DNA of 64,000 bases from an uncultured Methanosarcinales archaeon. GTDB taxonomy: Archaea > Nanobdellota > Nanobdellia > Woesearchaeales > GW2011-AR9. The DNA is taken from NCBI GenBank assembly GCA_964344285.1, contig CAYFMM010000003.1, forward strand, positions 67,072 through 131,071, given 5' to 3'. Within the stretch, counting starts at the first letter, position 1; every line of letters begins with the position of its first letter. The notes beneath the pieces were generated by a model. It made no database searches. It was given only the letters and a program-made list of their open reading frames with translations, and had not been told where the DNA came from. Shown one piece after another: positions 1-9,333 of the stretch. The position numbers and the translations under genes are program-made.

Positions 1-62
1 TTTTAGAAGAATATAAGGCTAAAGCGAAAGACAAGACATATATTAAAAAACATCTTCATAAG

Positions 63-911
63 ATGAGATGGAGAGGAGTTTTCCATAAAGCACTAAAAGA
101 GTTATTGAAAGATAAAAAAATGTCACCATCTTTGACTCTTCATGCATATATTGCAAGAATTATAAATCAACCTAAAGCCCCAGTAATCTTACTTGCAAAA
201 GGATTAAGATTTATTTTAAGAAGACTTTCACTTCGACGTAAAGGATTTTTGATCTCTTTAATTGGTGTGAACGGTACAGGAAAGACAACTATGACAAATG
301 AGTTATTAGATAAACTCAAACCTCTAACTAATTTCATGCATGGACAAAAAGGATATTATTTTGGTTGGGATCCTTTTTTACCATTAACCAGGATTATGTC
401 AAGATCAAAGCCTAAGGCTAGAGATAAAAAACAAGATGATGCTCAAAAATCAAAGAAAGAAAAAGAAATAATTAAGCAAGTTTCAGTTTTCAAGTCAATA
501 TATGTTTTTATTGAGTTTCTTGCAAGGTATTGGTGTAAGATCTATCCAATGTTGCAAAAAGGAAAAGTTGTTGTAACAGACAGATTTTATTATGATCAAT
601 ATGCACAAGGTTTTTTGCATCCTATGGTAAGTGCATTTTTGATGAATTTATTTCCAAAACCAGACAGGTTATATGTGCTTGATGCACCAATCGATGTCAT
701 CTTAATGAGAGATAAGAATACCAATGTACATTCTTCTAGCGTAATCAGAGACAAGAAGCGAGTTGCTCATGAACCTGCGTATCTAGAGTTGCAAAAAAAG
801 AGATACAAGGAGATTAGCAAAATGTTTAAAGGGTGTATAATTCCAACAAACAATAAAAGCAAAAGTGAAGAGATTATAAAAGAGACATGGCAATCAATCG
901 TAAAGAAGTAG
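63..911 (+). CDS. P-loop nucleotide kinase, thymidylate kinase-like
   Basis: Walker A GVNGTGKTT and a TMK-like DRx motif TDRFYYDQYAQG. A Lys-rich insert (KPKARDKKQDDAQKSKKEKE) sits between them. Confidence 0.5.
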   Translation: MRWRGVFHKALKELLKDKKMSPSLTLHAYIARIINQPKAPVILLAKGLRFILRRLSLRRKGFLISLIGVNGTGKTTMTNELLDKLKPLTNFMHGQKGYYFGWDPFLPLTRIMSRSKPKARDKKQDDAQKSKKEKEIIKQVSVFKSIYVFIEFLARYWCKIYPMLQKGKVVVTDRFYYDQYAQGFLHPMVSAFLMNLFPKPDRLYVLDAPIDVILMRDKNTNVHSSSVIRDKKRVAHEPAYLELQKKRYKEISKMFKGCIIPTNNKSKSEEIIKETWQSIVKK

Positions 912-2560
912 AAGATTTTATTGGGAATTGGACAAAGGAAGTTAAAGTAAATAAAAAACCGTTTGATGAAGTATTTCAAATTGATGGATCTCCTTTATGG
1001 TGGTTTTATCATAGAATTTTTGTTACCCATGTATTGCCAAAACCAGTGAATTGTTTTGCAGAGTTATATGAAAATAGAAAATTAAGTCTTAAAAAAAAGA
1101 TATTATTGAAAGCTGGTTCTATTGCCCTCCCTTTTTATTTTAGGCATGTAGAAAAAAAGAAAAGACAATATTTCTTTGAACAAGTAAGAAGATCTAAGAA
1201 TGGAATAAAGAGTAAAGAAGAACAAGAGAACATTAAAAGAGATAAAGAGATTCAAAGAATCTTATTTTTAAGCTATTCAAACCACATTGCACAAGATGGA
1301 ACTATTTTTAGATTACAATCAATTATCAACAAAATAAATGAAAATAAACAAGCTAAAGCAGTACCTATCTTTGCAATTCCATTCTCTCGAGAAGATAAAA
1401 AAATATTACAAGGAAGAAAAACAATATATGATTTTATAACAAAAGAAAATATTTCTCGTGCAAAAAACGATGCAAAGAGATTAAGTGAGAAATGGAACAA
1501 TATTAGTGTGAAAGAAAAACAAGAAATGTTTTCATTTAAAGAAAGGAGTTATTGGAGATATCTAAAATATGGGCTAAATTCTTTTTTTTCAAAGAGAATA
1601 TTGTTTGTTGTTGCACTGTATTATTATACGGCCATTGATATGATTAAAAAAGAGAAAATCCAAAGCGTCCTAATGAGTTCTACAAATGGACTGATTGATA
1701 AAGCAATGCAGGCTGCTGCTGCAAAATCAGGTAAAAAAGTATATGTTGTCCAACATGGAATTGGAGGGTTTACTTTTGATATTAAGACATTGCCAAATAC
1801 AGAGTTGTTGGTATTTAGTGAAAAATTCAAGCAAAATCTTGAAAAGCAGAGAGTTTCCTCCGATAAAATTCATGTTGTAGGGCCTGTTGTGTTTGATAAA
1901 GTTATTAGCTATAAAAAACCAGATTTGAACGGGAACAGAGAAGATAATAGTAATAACAATAATAGTATTAGTAGTAGTAATAACAAGAGTGGTAATGGCG
2001 ATGATGATAACAACAGTAATTGTAAATCTAAAGAGAGATTAGAGATATTTTTTGCAACAACATCAGCAGTTGAAGAAGGTCTTTTAAAAAAAGAAGAATA
2101 TTTCAAAAGAGTAAGAAAGATAATTATACAGCTAAATCAGCTAGATAATGTGTATTTAAAAATTAAATTGCATCCCATGGAAAAGATGCCTGAAGAGTAT
2201 AAAAAAATCTTAAGAGAAGAAGGAGTTAAAGGAGAAGTCATCTCAGACAATAATCGTGATCTTTTTTTTAGAAACCTTGCTACATGTAGTTTCTTTTTGA
2301 ACTTTAACTCAACAGCTTCAGTTGAGGCAATGATTTTAGACAAAGCTGTGATTAATGTTGATATCTTTGGAGAGGGTGCTTCTTTTACACGAGAGAGTGG
2401 CGCTGCAATTGAAGTACGTTTTGATGAAGATATTATGCAAGCTGCCAAAGAAGCATTAAAAGATACTAAAGCCACACAAAGAAAGAGATATGTAACAGAA
2501 ATTTGTGGAGAGGTAGATGGAAAATCTAGTGAGAGGATTGTAAAAATTCTTCTGGAATAA
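887..2560 (+). CDS. GT-B-like glycosyl/glycerophosphotransferase-like protein (TagF/KpsS-like), function uncertain
   Basis: A 557 aa ORF. The C-terminal half has TagF/Capsule_synth-like segments (FFATTS, KLHPMEK). It carries an internal Asn/Ser/Asp-rich low-complexity insert. It lies in the nonulosonic acid cluster. Confidence 0.3.
   Translation: MAINRKEVEDFIGNWTKEVKVNKKPFDEVFQIDGSPLWWFYHRIFVTHVLPKPVNCFAELYENRKLSLKKKILLKAGSIALPFYFRHVEKKKRQYFFEQVRRSKNGIKSKEEQENIKRDKEIQRILFLSYSNHIAQDGTIFRLQSIINKINENKQAKAVPIFAIPFSREDKKILQGRKTIYDFITKENISRAKNDAKRLSEKWNNISVKEKQEMFSFKERSYWRYLKYGLNSFFSKRILFVVALYYYTAIDMIKKEKIQSVLMSSTNGLIDKAMQAAAAKSGKKVYVVQHGIGGFTFDIKTLPNTELLVFSEKFKQNLEKQRVSSDKIHVVGPVVFDKVISYKKPDLNGNREDNSNNNNSISSSNNKSGNGDDDNNSNCKSKERLEIFFATTSAVEEGLLKKEEYFKRVRKIIIQLNQLDNVYLKIKLHPMEKMPEEYKKILREEGVKGEVISDNNRDLFFRNLATCSFFLNFNSTASVEAMILDKAVINVDIFGEGASFTRESGAAIEVRFDEDIMQAAKEALKDTKATQRKRYVTEICGEVDGKSSERIVKILLE
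1921..2030 (+). repeat. coding simple-sequence repeat (AAT/AGT-rich) giving an Asn/Ser/Asp-rich insert
   Basis: The DNA aataataatagtattagtagtagtaataacaag...gatgatgataacaacagtaat encodes NSNNNNSISSSNNKSGNGDDDNNSN inside the ORF 887..2560. Confidence 0.6.
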
Positions 2561-3098
2561 GTACTAAAAAGATTGTTTTTGAATCAAGCGCATAATTTGT
2601 ATGTTCTAAATCTTTTTTCATTGAAGGTGAAATAGGAGAAAAACCTAGATTAGTGAAGAGCTTTAAAGAAACTTGATTTTGTGGAATGATTCTTGCTAAA
2701 AGGTAGGAAATTTTTTCATCATGAAAATAAGTCTTTAATGCTTTAGTAAGAATAGGTTTTGCAAGCCCTTTTCCTCTAAAATGAGGATTAAGGTTAATGC
2801 TTATTTCTGCTACATTTTTTTGGTTTTCTTGTTTTCTTTGTTCTCCTTGGTTTTCTTGATTATCGTAGTCATCTTGGAATTTGTCAAAGCGTATTATGCC
2901 CAATTTTGAATCTTTTTTATCTAAGGCAATATACATAGTTCTTAGATTATTTTGAAGTGATTTTGTAAACCATAAAACGTGGTCTTGAAATTCTACCTTT
3001 CCAGATGGTGAGGCTGCAATTGTGTGTGGATCATTACGCCATAAAAAAATATCTTTTGAATCTTTTTGTTCTGCTTTGCGTAAAGTTATGTTTTCCAT
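2526..3098 (-). CDS. GNAT family N-acetyltransferase (PseH-like)
   Basis: GNAT motif A HFRGKGLAKPIL. Adjacent to the NeuB/PseI-like and GT2 genes. Start placed at the internal Met (MENITLRK) to avoid overlap with the upstream stop. Confidence 0.55.
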   Translation of the reverse strand: MENITLRKAEQKDSKDIFLWRNDPHTIAASPSGKVEFQDHVLWFTKSLQNNLRTMYIALDKKDSKLGIIRFDKFQDDYDNQENQGEQRKQENQKNVAEISINLNPHFRGKGLAKPILTKALKTYFHDEKISYLLARIIPQNQVSLKLFTNLGFSPISPSMKKDLEHTNYALDSKTIFLVLIPEEFLQSSH

Positions 3099-3102
3099 TT
3101 TT

Positions 3103-3882
3103 TTAATATTTTTTAAAATCCAAAAGAGGCCCATATTTGTGTTCTAATTGTTGTTTTCCTTTCTGTACAATTTCTGCGTTTGCAGTGTAAGATGCAGGAT
3201 GGCGGTTGTAAATGTAAAGAGGTTTTGGCACATGAATCCCAGGGAATTCTTGCTGTAGACGAAAGAGCAGATCATATTCTGGAAAAATAAAGTTTTTGTC
3301 CCAAAATCCTTTCTCAAGAAGGATTGATTTTGTGAATAAAATCCCACAAGCAAGAGTGTTAAGAATATTTGATGTGGAGACAATTTTTTGTGATTTATTT
3401 CGTAAATCAACTTCAATATAATCTGCATAGGCAAACCCAGCAGTTGGATTTTTTTGTAATACCTGATAAAGGTCTTGTAGAGTAGAAGCAGTAAATTCAT
3501 CATCACCATCTAAGAAGATAACATATTTACCTCGAGCTAAAGACAACCCAATATGGCCCGATTGAATAGCTCCTTGGTTTTCCTGATTAATAATCGTAAG
3601 AGATTGGTTGTCTTTCAAATTTTTATTTTCAAAAGAAGATAAAAGAACCTTAGTTTGGTCAGTACTCCCATCATTGATAACAATTATTTCATAAGTTAAA
3701 TCTGAAAAAACAACCTGATTTAGTGTGCTTTGTACAGCTTTTACAATAAATGTTGCATTGTTGTAAGTTCTAATAATTATAGAAATAAGAGGAGATTTTG
3801 AGTTATTGTTTATGTTTTCTTTTGCCGTAGATTGCACGTTTATTGTAGATTGCACTTGGATTACCTTTGAACCATCTCCCAT
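3103..3882 (-). CDS. family 2 glycosyltransferase
   Basis: GT2 signatures ISIIIRTYNN, VINDGSTD, and the DxD motif FLDGDDEF. Confidence 0.7.
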   Translation of the reverse strand: MGDGSKVIQVQSTINVQSTAKENINNNSKSPLISIIIRTYNNATFIVKAVQSTLNQVVFSDLTYEIIVINDGSTDQTKVLLSSFENKNLKDNQSLTIINQENQGAIQSGHIGLSLARGKYVIFLDGDDEFTASTLQDLYQVLQKNPTAGFAYADYIEVDLRNKSQKIVSTSNILNTLACGILFTKSILLEKGFWDKNFIFPEYDLLFRLQQEFPGIHVPKPLYIYNRHPASYTANAEIVQKGKQQLEHKYGPLLDFKKY

Positions 3883-4952
3883 GTTAAAGGCGTTCCTTTT
3901 TCAAGATGTTGTGTTGCTTGTTTGCCAATAATTTCTTCATAATATTTAGGCTCTAAGCCTACTGAAGGTCGTACTACGCGAATATTTTTATGTGTAAAGA
4001 CTTCTCCCTCTTTAATTGGTTCTGCTACAAATATTGAACGGCGATATTTTGTATTTTTTTGCTCTTTTTCACTTTGTGGTCCAAAGCGTACAGTTCCAGA
4101 TATTTTCTCTGCACGACGGATTGCTTGAACCATTGTAGTGAATTCTTGAGGTCCAACTGAAAAATCAGCGTCAAAACTGTTACTTTTTTCATCTGCTACG
4201 ATATGTTTTTCAACTACACTAGCGCCCATTAAAACTGCTTGTAAAGGAATTTCTATACCTCCATTATTGTCAGAAAATCCAGTTAAAACACCATAACGCT
4301 GTTTCATGTGAAGCATCGTTACAAGGTTAGAATCTTCTAATTTAGGTTCTCTTGCATATGCAGTTACACAATGTAACAAGATAATTGGACCAGAGTTATT
4401 CTCTTTAAGTGTTTGTACAGCTAAATCTACCTCATCTTGAGTTGCAAAACCTACTGAAATGATTACTGGTTTTCCAGTCTGAGCAACTTTTTTAATTAGA
4501 GGAATATGTGTTGCCTCATAAGAAGCTATTTTGTATAATGGAACATCTAATGTTTCAAGAAAATCTACAGCAGTTTCATCAAACGGTGTAGAAAAAAGGA
4601 CCAAACCTTTTTGATGTGCATATTCTTGTAATTCTTTGTGCCATTCCCACGGAGTGTATGCTTCTTGATACAAAGAATGAAGTGTTTTTTTATGCCAAAA
4701 ATCTGGGTTTTCTGTGTTGTTAATAATAAAGTGTTCATTATCACAGTTTAAAGTAATTGTGTCTGCTGTATAGGTTTGTAGTTTAATTGCATCTGCCCCT
4801 GCATCTGCTGCTACGTCAATTATTTTTTTTGCTTTTGCAAAGTCTTGTTCATGATTTGCTGACATCTCTGCAATAATGAAAGTCGGAGAGCCTTCACCAA
4901 TAGTTCTTGAGCCTTTGGGAGTTTGTATTGTAAATTGAGTTGTATGTTCCAT
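3861..4952 (-). CDS. nonulosonic acid synthase (NeuB/PseI family; pseudaminic or legionaminic acid synthase)
   Basis: NeuB-like N-terminal TIM-barrel region (IIAEMSANHEQDF) and a C-terminal SAF/antifreeze-like domain (GEVFTHKNIRVVRP). Confidence 0.8.
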   Translation of the reverse strand: MEHTTQFTIQTPKGSRTIGEGSPTFIIAEMSANHEQDFAKAKKIIDVAADAGADAIKLQTYTADTITLNCDNEHFIINNTENPDFWHKKTLHSLYQEAYTPWEWHKELQEYAHQKGLVLFSTPFDETAVDFLETLDVPLYKIASYEATHIPLIKKVAQTGKPVIISVGFATQDEVDLAVQTLKENNSGPIILLHCVTAYAREPKLEDSNLVTMLHMKQRYGVLTGFSDNNGGIEIPLQAVLMGASVVEKHIVADEKSNSFDADFSVGPQEFTTMVQAIRRAEKISGTVRFGPQSEKEQKNTKYRRSIFVAEPIKEGEVFTHKNIRVVRPSVGLEPKYYEEIIGKQATQHLEKGTPLTWEMVQR

Positions 4953-5003
4953 TTGATATCTTTTTTAATTATGTTTTTTTAATTTAATAAACCTCATTTG
5001 ATT

Positions 5004-7076
5004 TTATCTTCTCGCAAAAATAGACCTAAATTTTTCCCCTCGAAGCAGGCTTGTTACTGAGTTTTGCTCGATTGCTATTGCAACCTTATCAAGTGCTTTA
5101 TCTGCAGCTACAATAAAAGCATACACGTCTTGTTCAGTATGGGCTAAGCTAAAATTATTTACCCCAAGACTAAGGATTCCATGTTCAATTAAGGTTTGTT
5201 GGTACACTGAGAGTAAGTCTTCTGGTTCTAAGTTTTTGATTTTGTTAAATGTAATGCCACAGTGAGGTGATAACCCATAATAATTAATATGTTGTTGAAG
5301 ATTTTTACGTTCAATTAATTTTTGCATCTCTAAGAGCCAAAGGTCTCCTAAGTGTAGAATATGCTTAAATGACTCTGGGCGTTCTAAGATTTCAATTGTT
5401 TTAAGTGCTGCTACAAGAGGGAGAGTTTCTCCTCCAAATGTTGTTGAAATAAATGCACCATCATCAATGAGCTCCATAATTTCCTTTTTACCAACTACTG
5501 CTGATAATGAAAAACCGTTTGCCATACCTTTACCAAATGCCGCAAGATCAGGAGTTACACCATAATGACCTTGAGCTCCAGCAAGCCCCATCCTAAAGCC
5601 GGATACTACTTCATCAAAGATAAGAACTGCACCATGTTGGTGTGTAAGTTGTTTAACTTTTTCAAGAAAATCATCCTCAGGTCCTGTTCCTTGACAAGGT
5701 TCTAAAATAACGGCTGCAACATTTCCTGGATTATCATCAAATATTTTTTTTAGAGATTGTATATCGTTATATGTAAACTTTTTAGTTAATTCTTTTACCG
5801 CATTGGGCACTCCTAAGTTATTAGTTGTTGTTCCAATATACCAATCATGATAGCCATGATAGCCTGAACAAGCAATGATGTCTTTTTTAGTATGTGCCCT
5901 AGCTAGACGGATAGCAGCAGTTGTAGCATCACTTCCATTTTTAACAAATTTTACCATCTCAGCTGCAGGAATAATTTGTGTAAGTTTTTGAGCTAATTCC
6001 ACCTCTAGAGTTGTAGGCTGTGAGAATGTTACCCCTTTATGTAATTGTTCAATTACTGCTTGATTAATTTCTTGATTATTGTATCCAATTGTAACTGGAC
6101 CTAAACCAAGAATAAAATCAATGTATTTATTGCCATCAACATCCCAAACACAAGCTCCGTGTCCTTTTTCTAAGAAAGCAGGTGCTGCTCCTTCACAGAA
6201 ATATTTGTAACTCTTGCTATATGTTTGTGAAGCACTAGGGATTAATTTTTTTGCTCGCTTTAACCATTGTGTTGAAGTTGTAAATGTTTGTATTAAGTGA
6301 GTAGGTTTTTGTGCAAGAGGTTCTTGTACCTGGGATTCTTGTACAAGAGATTTTTCATAGCCTTCATTTCTTTTAAAATTTTCATTCGTTGGAAGAAGGG
6401 AAGAATTTTTGATTGCATCGTCAATTTGTTGAAAAGTTGGATTGTTGCCAAGAGTTTGTATTATTTTTCGAATAAATTCTAAGTCTTCTGCTTGATCTAC
6501 AGTAATTCTAAGATTTGAATAATTTTGTGGAGAGGTAAGGTTAGCCTTTGAAAAGAATTGATTTTTCCAAATATAGGGAGTTACGTGTTCTCGCTCAGAG
6601 GGCAAAGTTGCTTCGTTCCATGCCTTTGTAAGTGTCTTCATGGTAAATACTTCTACATCCATTCCATCAGGGAATGTAGGGGGATGAACGTTTGAAGTAT
6701 AATCGACTCCTTGCTCTTTATGATGTAATATTACTTGATCTATGATTTCAGGATTGATTAAAGGACAGTCTCCAGTGATTCGTACAATAAGGTCTTGTTC
6801 TTTTGCTTGGACAGTTTGTGCTGCTTGGTAATAACGATCCAAAACGTCATTTTCACTCCCTGTAAACGTAAAAACCCCTAACTCTTTTGCTTTTTGCACT
6901 AAAGGCAAATCTTTATCTTGTGTAGTTGTTGCAAGGATTATTTTATCAACTTGTGTTGCTTGTTGAACTCTTTTTATAACATGTTGAAGTAAAGGTTTTT
7001 TAGCAATCTCAAGAAGCATCTTTCCAGGAAGCCTAGATGAACCCATCCGAGCTTGAATTATTGTTATTACTGTCAT
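5004..7076 (-). CDS. bifunctional acylneuraminate-type cytidylyltransferase / class III (HemL-like) aminotransferase fusion
   Basis: N-terminus MTVITIIQARMGSSRLPGKMLL matches the CMP-nonulosonate cytidylyltransferase (SpsF/PseF/NeuA) family. The C-terminal ~430 aa match PLP-dependent aminotransferase class III (glutamate-1-semialdehyde aminomutase-like). Confidence 0.7.
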   Translation of the reverse strand: MTVITIIQARMGSSRLPGKMLLEIAKKPLLQHVIKRVQQATQVDKIILATTTQDKDLPLVQKAKELGVFTFTGSENDVLDRYYQAAQTVQAKEQDLIVRITGDCPLINPEIIDQVILHHKEQGVDYTSNVHPPTFPDGMDVEVFTMKTLTKAWNEATLPSEREHVTPYIWKNQFFSKANLTSPQNYSNLRITVDQAEDLEFIRKIIQTLGNNPTFQQIDDAIKNSSLLPTNENFKRNEGYEKSLVQESQVQEPLAQKPTHLIQTFTTSTQWLKRAKKLIPSASQTYSKSYKYFCEGAAPAFLEKGHGACVWDVDGNKYIDFILGLGPVTIGYNNQEINQAVIEQLHKGVTFSQPTTLEVELAQKLTQIIPAAEMVKFVKNGSDATTAAIRLARAHTKKDIIACSGYHGYHDWYIGTTTNNLGVPNAVKELTKKFTYNDIQSLKKIFDDNPGNVAAVILEPCQGTGPEDDFLEKVKQLTHQHGAVLIFDEVVSGFRMGLAGAQGHYGVTPDLAAFGKGMANGFSLSAVVGKKEIMELIDDGAFISTTFGGETLPLVAALKTIEILERPESFKHILHLGDLWLLEMQKLIERKNLQQHINYYGLSPHCGITFNKIKNLEPEDLLSVYQQTLIEHGILSLGVNNFSLAHTEQDVYAFIVAADKALDKVAIAIEQNSVTSLLRGEKFRSIFARR

Positions 7077-7177
7077 TTGTAGCTTTTTTGCTAGATTTCA
7101 CCTTTATTAGTTTTGTGATTAAATGGTCGTGTACATAAATGGTCATGTACATAATAGACCTTAAGATACTCTTTATA

Positions 7178-8029
7178 TCAACATGTCTTCCAGTTACTAG
7201 GAATAATAATTTTTTCTGAGTCTTCTTTAAGTGATTGAAGTTGTGCAAATTGCTCTTGAGTTAGTGAAATGTTGGTGGCTGCAATGTTCTCACAGAGATT
7301 TTCAATGGAGTCAACTCCTAAGACAAGGCTGTCAATTTCTTGGTAATGAGATACAAATGCAATACAAAGGCCTGCTACTGTTAGTCCACTATCTTTTGCT
7401 AGGGAATGAATAGTATTGACCTTAGGTTTTATGGGTAAAAAGAATTCTGATAAAGAACTAGGAGGTTTAAAGAAAAGGCCTTGAAGGAAAACGGATCTAA
7501 CATGGACCTCCACACCTTTTTGTTTTAAGCGAGAGAGATATGGTTGGAAACGTTGATCAAAAATATTAAACGGTATTTGAAGAATATCAAAATCAAGATT
7601 GTGTTCAAAAATCCATTCTAATTCTTTTGGGGAGTAAAGAGAAAAGCCAATTTTTTGTACTTTTTGTTGTTTTTTTAGTTGTTGCATTTCTTCCCATAAA
7701 GAAGGATCATTTTTAATTTCATCAAAGTGATGGAATAAGCAGGCGTAAATGGATTCTCTTTGTAAGCGTTGAAGGGAATTGGTAAAAGCTTGTTGAAGAT
7801 TCCAGATATCATCTTTTCCTAATTTGGTAACAATTTTAAAATCTTTAGAGGCAAATTTTCCTAAAAGAGCTTCACTATCCCCATACGCTGATGCTGTATC
7901 TAGTAATGTAATTCCGTTTTGTGCAGCAGTAATAAGAATTTCTTTAACTTCATGCTCTGGGATTTTTCCTCTTGTGTTATTAATCCCATAATCAAGTCCA
8001 AATTGAACTGTTCCAAGTGCGAGTTTCAT
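7178..8029 (-). CDS. aldo/keto reductase family oxidoreductase
   Basis: AKR N-terminal signature MKLALGTVQFGLDYG...LLDTASAYGDSE. Confidence 0.7.
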   Translation of the reverse strand: MKLALGTVQFGLDYGINNTRGKIPEHEVKEILITAAQNGITLLDTASAYGDSEALLGKFASKDFKIVTKLGKDDIWNLQQAFTNSLQRLQRESIYACLFHHFDEIKNDPSLWEEMQQLKKQQKVQKIGFSLYSPKELEWIFEHNLDFDILQIPFNIFDQRFQPYLSRLKQKGVEVHVRSVFLQGLFFKPPSSLSEFFLPIKPKVNTIHSLAKDSGLTVAGLCIAFVSHYQEIDSLVLGVDSIENLCENIAATNISLTQEQFAQLQSLKEDSEKIIIPSNWKTC

Positions 8030-8118
8030 CTTTTATTTTGTTTCACTTTTTATTTTATTAATTGATTAGTCAATTGATTAATCAGTTAGTTAGTGTTAAG
8101 TTAGTTAGTTACGTGCTA

Positions 8119-9267
8119 TTAATTTTGAGTTTTTTGTTGTTTGAAAAATTCCTTGACAGTGGTAATTACAAAATCTTGCTCTGATTCTTGCAATAAAGGA
8201 TAGATTGGTAGGCTAATAATTGTGTGATATAATTTTTCAGCTTGAGGACATAGACCTTTAGGGTAACCTTGTTTTTGATAGAATGGATGTAGATATACTG
8301 GAAGGTAGTGTACCTGGCAACGAATATTTTTATCAGCTAAATAAGTGAATAATTTTTTCCTCATGTCCTCACTAGAAGTTTTAATGACAAAAAGGTGGTA
8401 TGAATTTTTTGTATTACTTGGCTCAGCAAAGTAATTTATTTCAGGCATGTTTTCAAACGCCTCTTGGTAACGCTTTGCAATTTCTCTTCTTTTCTTCACA
8501 AAGGGATCTATTTTTTTGAGTTGATTTAATCCTAAGGCACTTTGGATATCCGTTAATCTATAATTAAAACCTAGTTCGTGCATCTCTTGATGCCATGGTC
8601 CTTCATCAGAGCTTTCTAATACAGTTGGATCTTTAGTTATACCATGGGAACGTAAGCGAAGTAATTTATGATATAATTCGTGATTATTTGTTGTAATCAT
8701 TCCACCTTCTCCAGTAGTGATGTGTTTAACTGGATGAAAGCTAAAGACCGTCATATCTGAGAACTGACAAGAACCAACCTTATGTCCACCATAGATTCCT
8801 CCTAGTGCATGGCAAGCATCTTCTATAACTACTAAGTTATGCTTTTGTGCTATTTCAGATATCTTCTCCATATTTGCACAAAGGCCAGTGTAATGGACAG
8901 GGATTAAAATCTTTGTCTGAGAAGTGATCTTTGATTCTATTTTTGATTCATCAATATTTCCAAATTCATTCACATCAACAAATATAGGTTTTGCCCCACA
9001 ATAAAAGGCACAATTTGCTGACGCTGCAAAAGTCATTGGAGTCGTAATTAATTCATCACCTTCTCCTAAACCTGCTGCAAGGCAAGACAAGTGCAAAGCT
9101 GCCGTTCCGTTTGAGACTGCAACTGCATATTTTGCTCCAACATATTCAGCAAATGCTTGCTCAAATTTTTGCACTGTAGGTCCAGTTGTGAGAAAATCGC
9201 TTTTAAGAGATTCAACTACTTGGTTAATGTCTTTTTCATCAATAGATTGTTTGCCGTAGGGGATCAT
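8119..9267 (-). CDS. DegT/DnrJ/EryC1/StrS family sugar aminotransferase (PseC-like)
   Basis: PLP sugar aminotransferase fold (AVSNGTAALHL; catalytic Lys region FSFHPVKHITTGEGG). Adjacent to the PseB-like dehydratase. Confidence 0.8.
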   Translation of the reverse strand: MIPYGKQSIDEKDINQVVESLKSDFLTTGPTVQKFEQAFAEYVGAKYAVAVSNGTAALHLSCLAAGLGEGDELITTPMTFAASANCAFYCGAKPIFVDVNEFGNIDESKIESKITSQTKILIPVHYTGLCANMEKISEIAQKHNLVVIEDACHALGGIYGGHKVGSCQFSDMTVFSFHPVKHITTGEGGMITTNNHELYHKLLRLRSHGITKDPTVLESSDEGPWHQEMHELGFNYRLTDIQSALGLNQLKKIDPFVKKRREIAKRYQEAFENMPEINYFAEPSNTKNSYHLFVIKTSSEDMRKKLFTYLADKNIRCQVHYLPVYLHPFYQKQGYPKGLCPQAEKLYHTIISLPIYPLLQESEQDFVITTVKEFFKQQKTQN

Positions 9268-9333
9268 TTGAAATTTATTTGAAATTTATTTGAAAGTCAT
9301 TGTAAAGTCTAACAAGGTTAAATTACAAAGCGA
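9268..9333. repeat. short tandem direct repeat (ATTTGAAATTT unit, about 2.5 copies) in the intergenic spacer
   Basis: The sequence ttgaaatttatttgaaatttatttgaaagtc lies between the PseC-like stop and the PseB-like start. Confidence 0.4.

Noticed and set aside
767-979. Numerous short antisense/overlapping ORFs in the track (e.g. 767..979, 1273..1500, 1909..2106, 2137..2475, 3144..3509, 6297..6482, 7033..7248, 11475..11885, 13747..14028, 22126..22440, 26021..26362, 29227..29862, 42035..42433)
   Set aside because: All are fully embedded in, or antisense to, longer ORFs with clear family signatures. Their low-complexity composition is typical of AT-rich antisense frames, so they are treated as spurious.
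8030-8118. TTAGTTAG-type short repeats and the TGATTAATCA palindrome upstream of the aldo-keto reductase gene
   Set aside because: Low-complexity AT-rich spacer sequence. Such repeats could arise by chance at this base composition, and I see no supporting evidence for a specific regulatory site.
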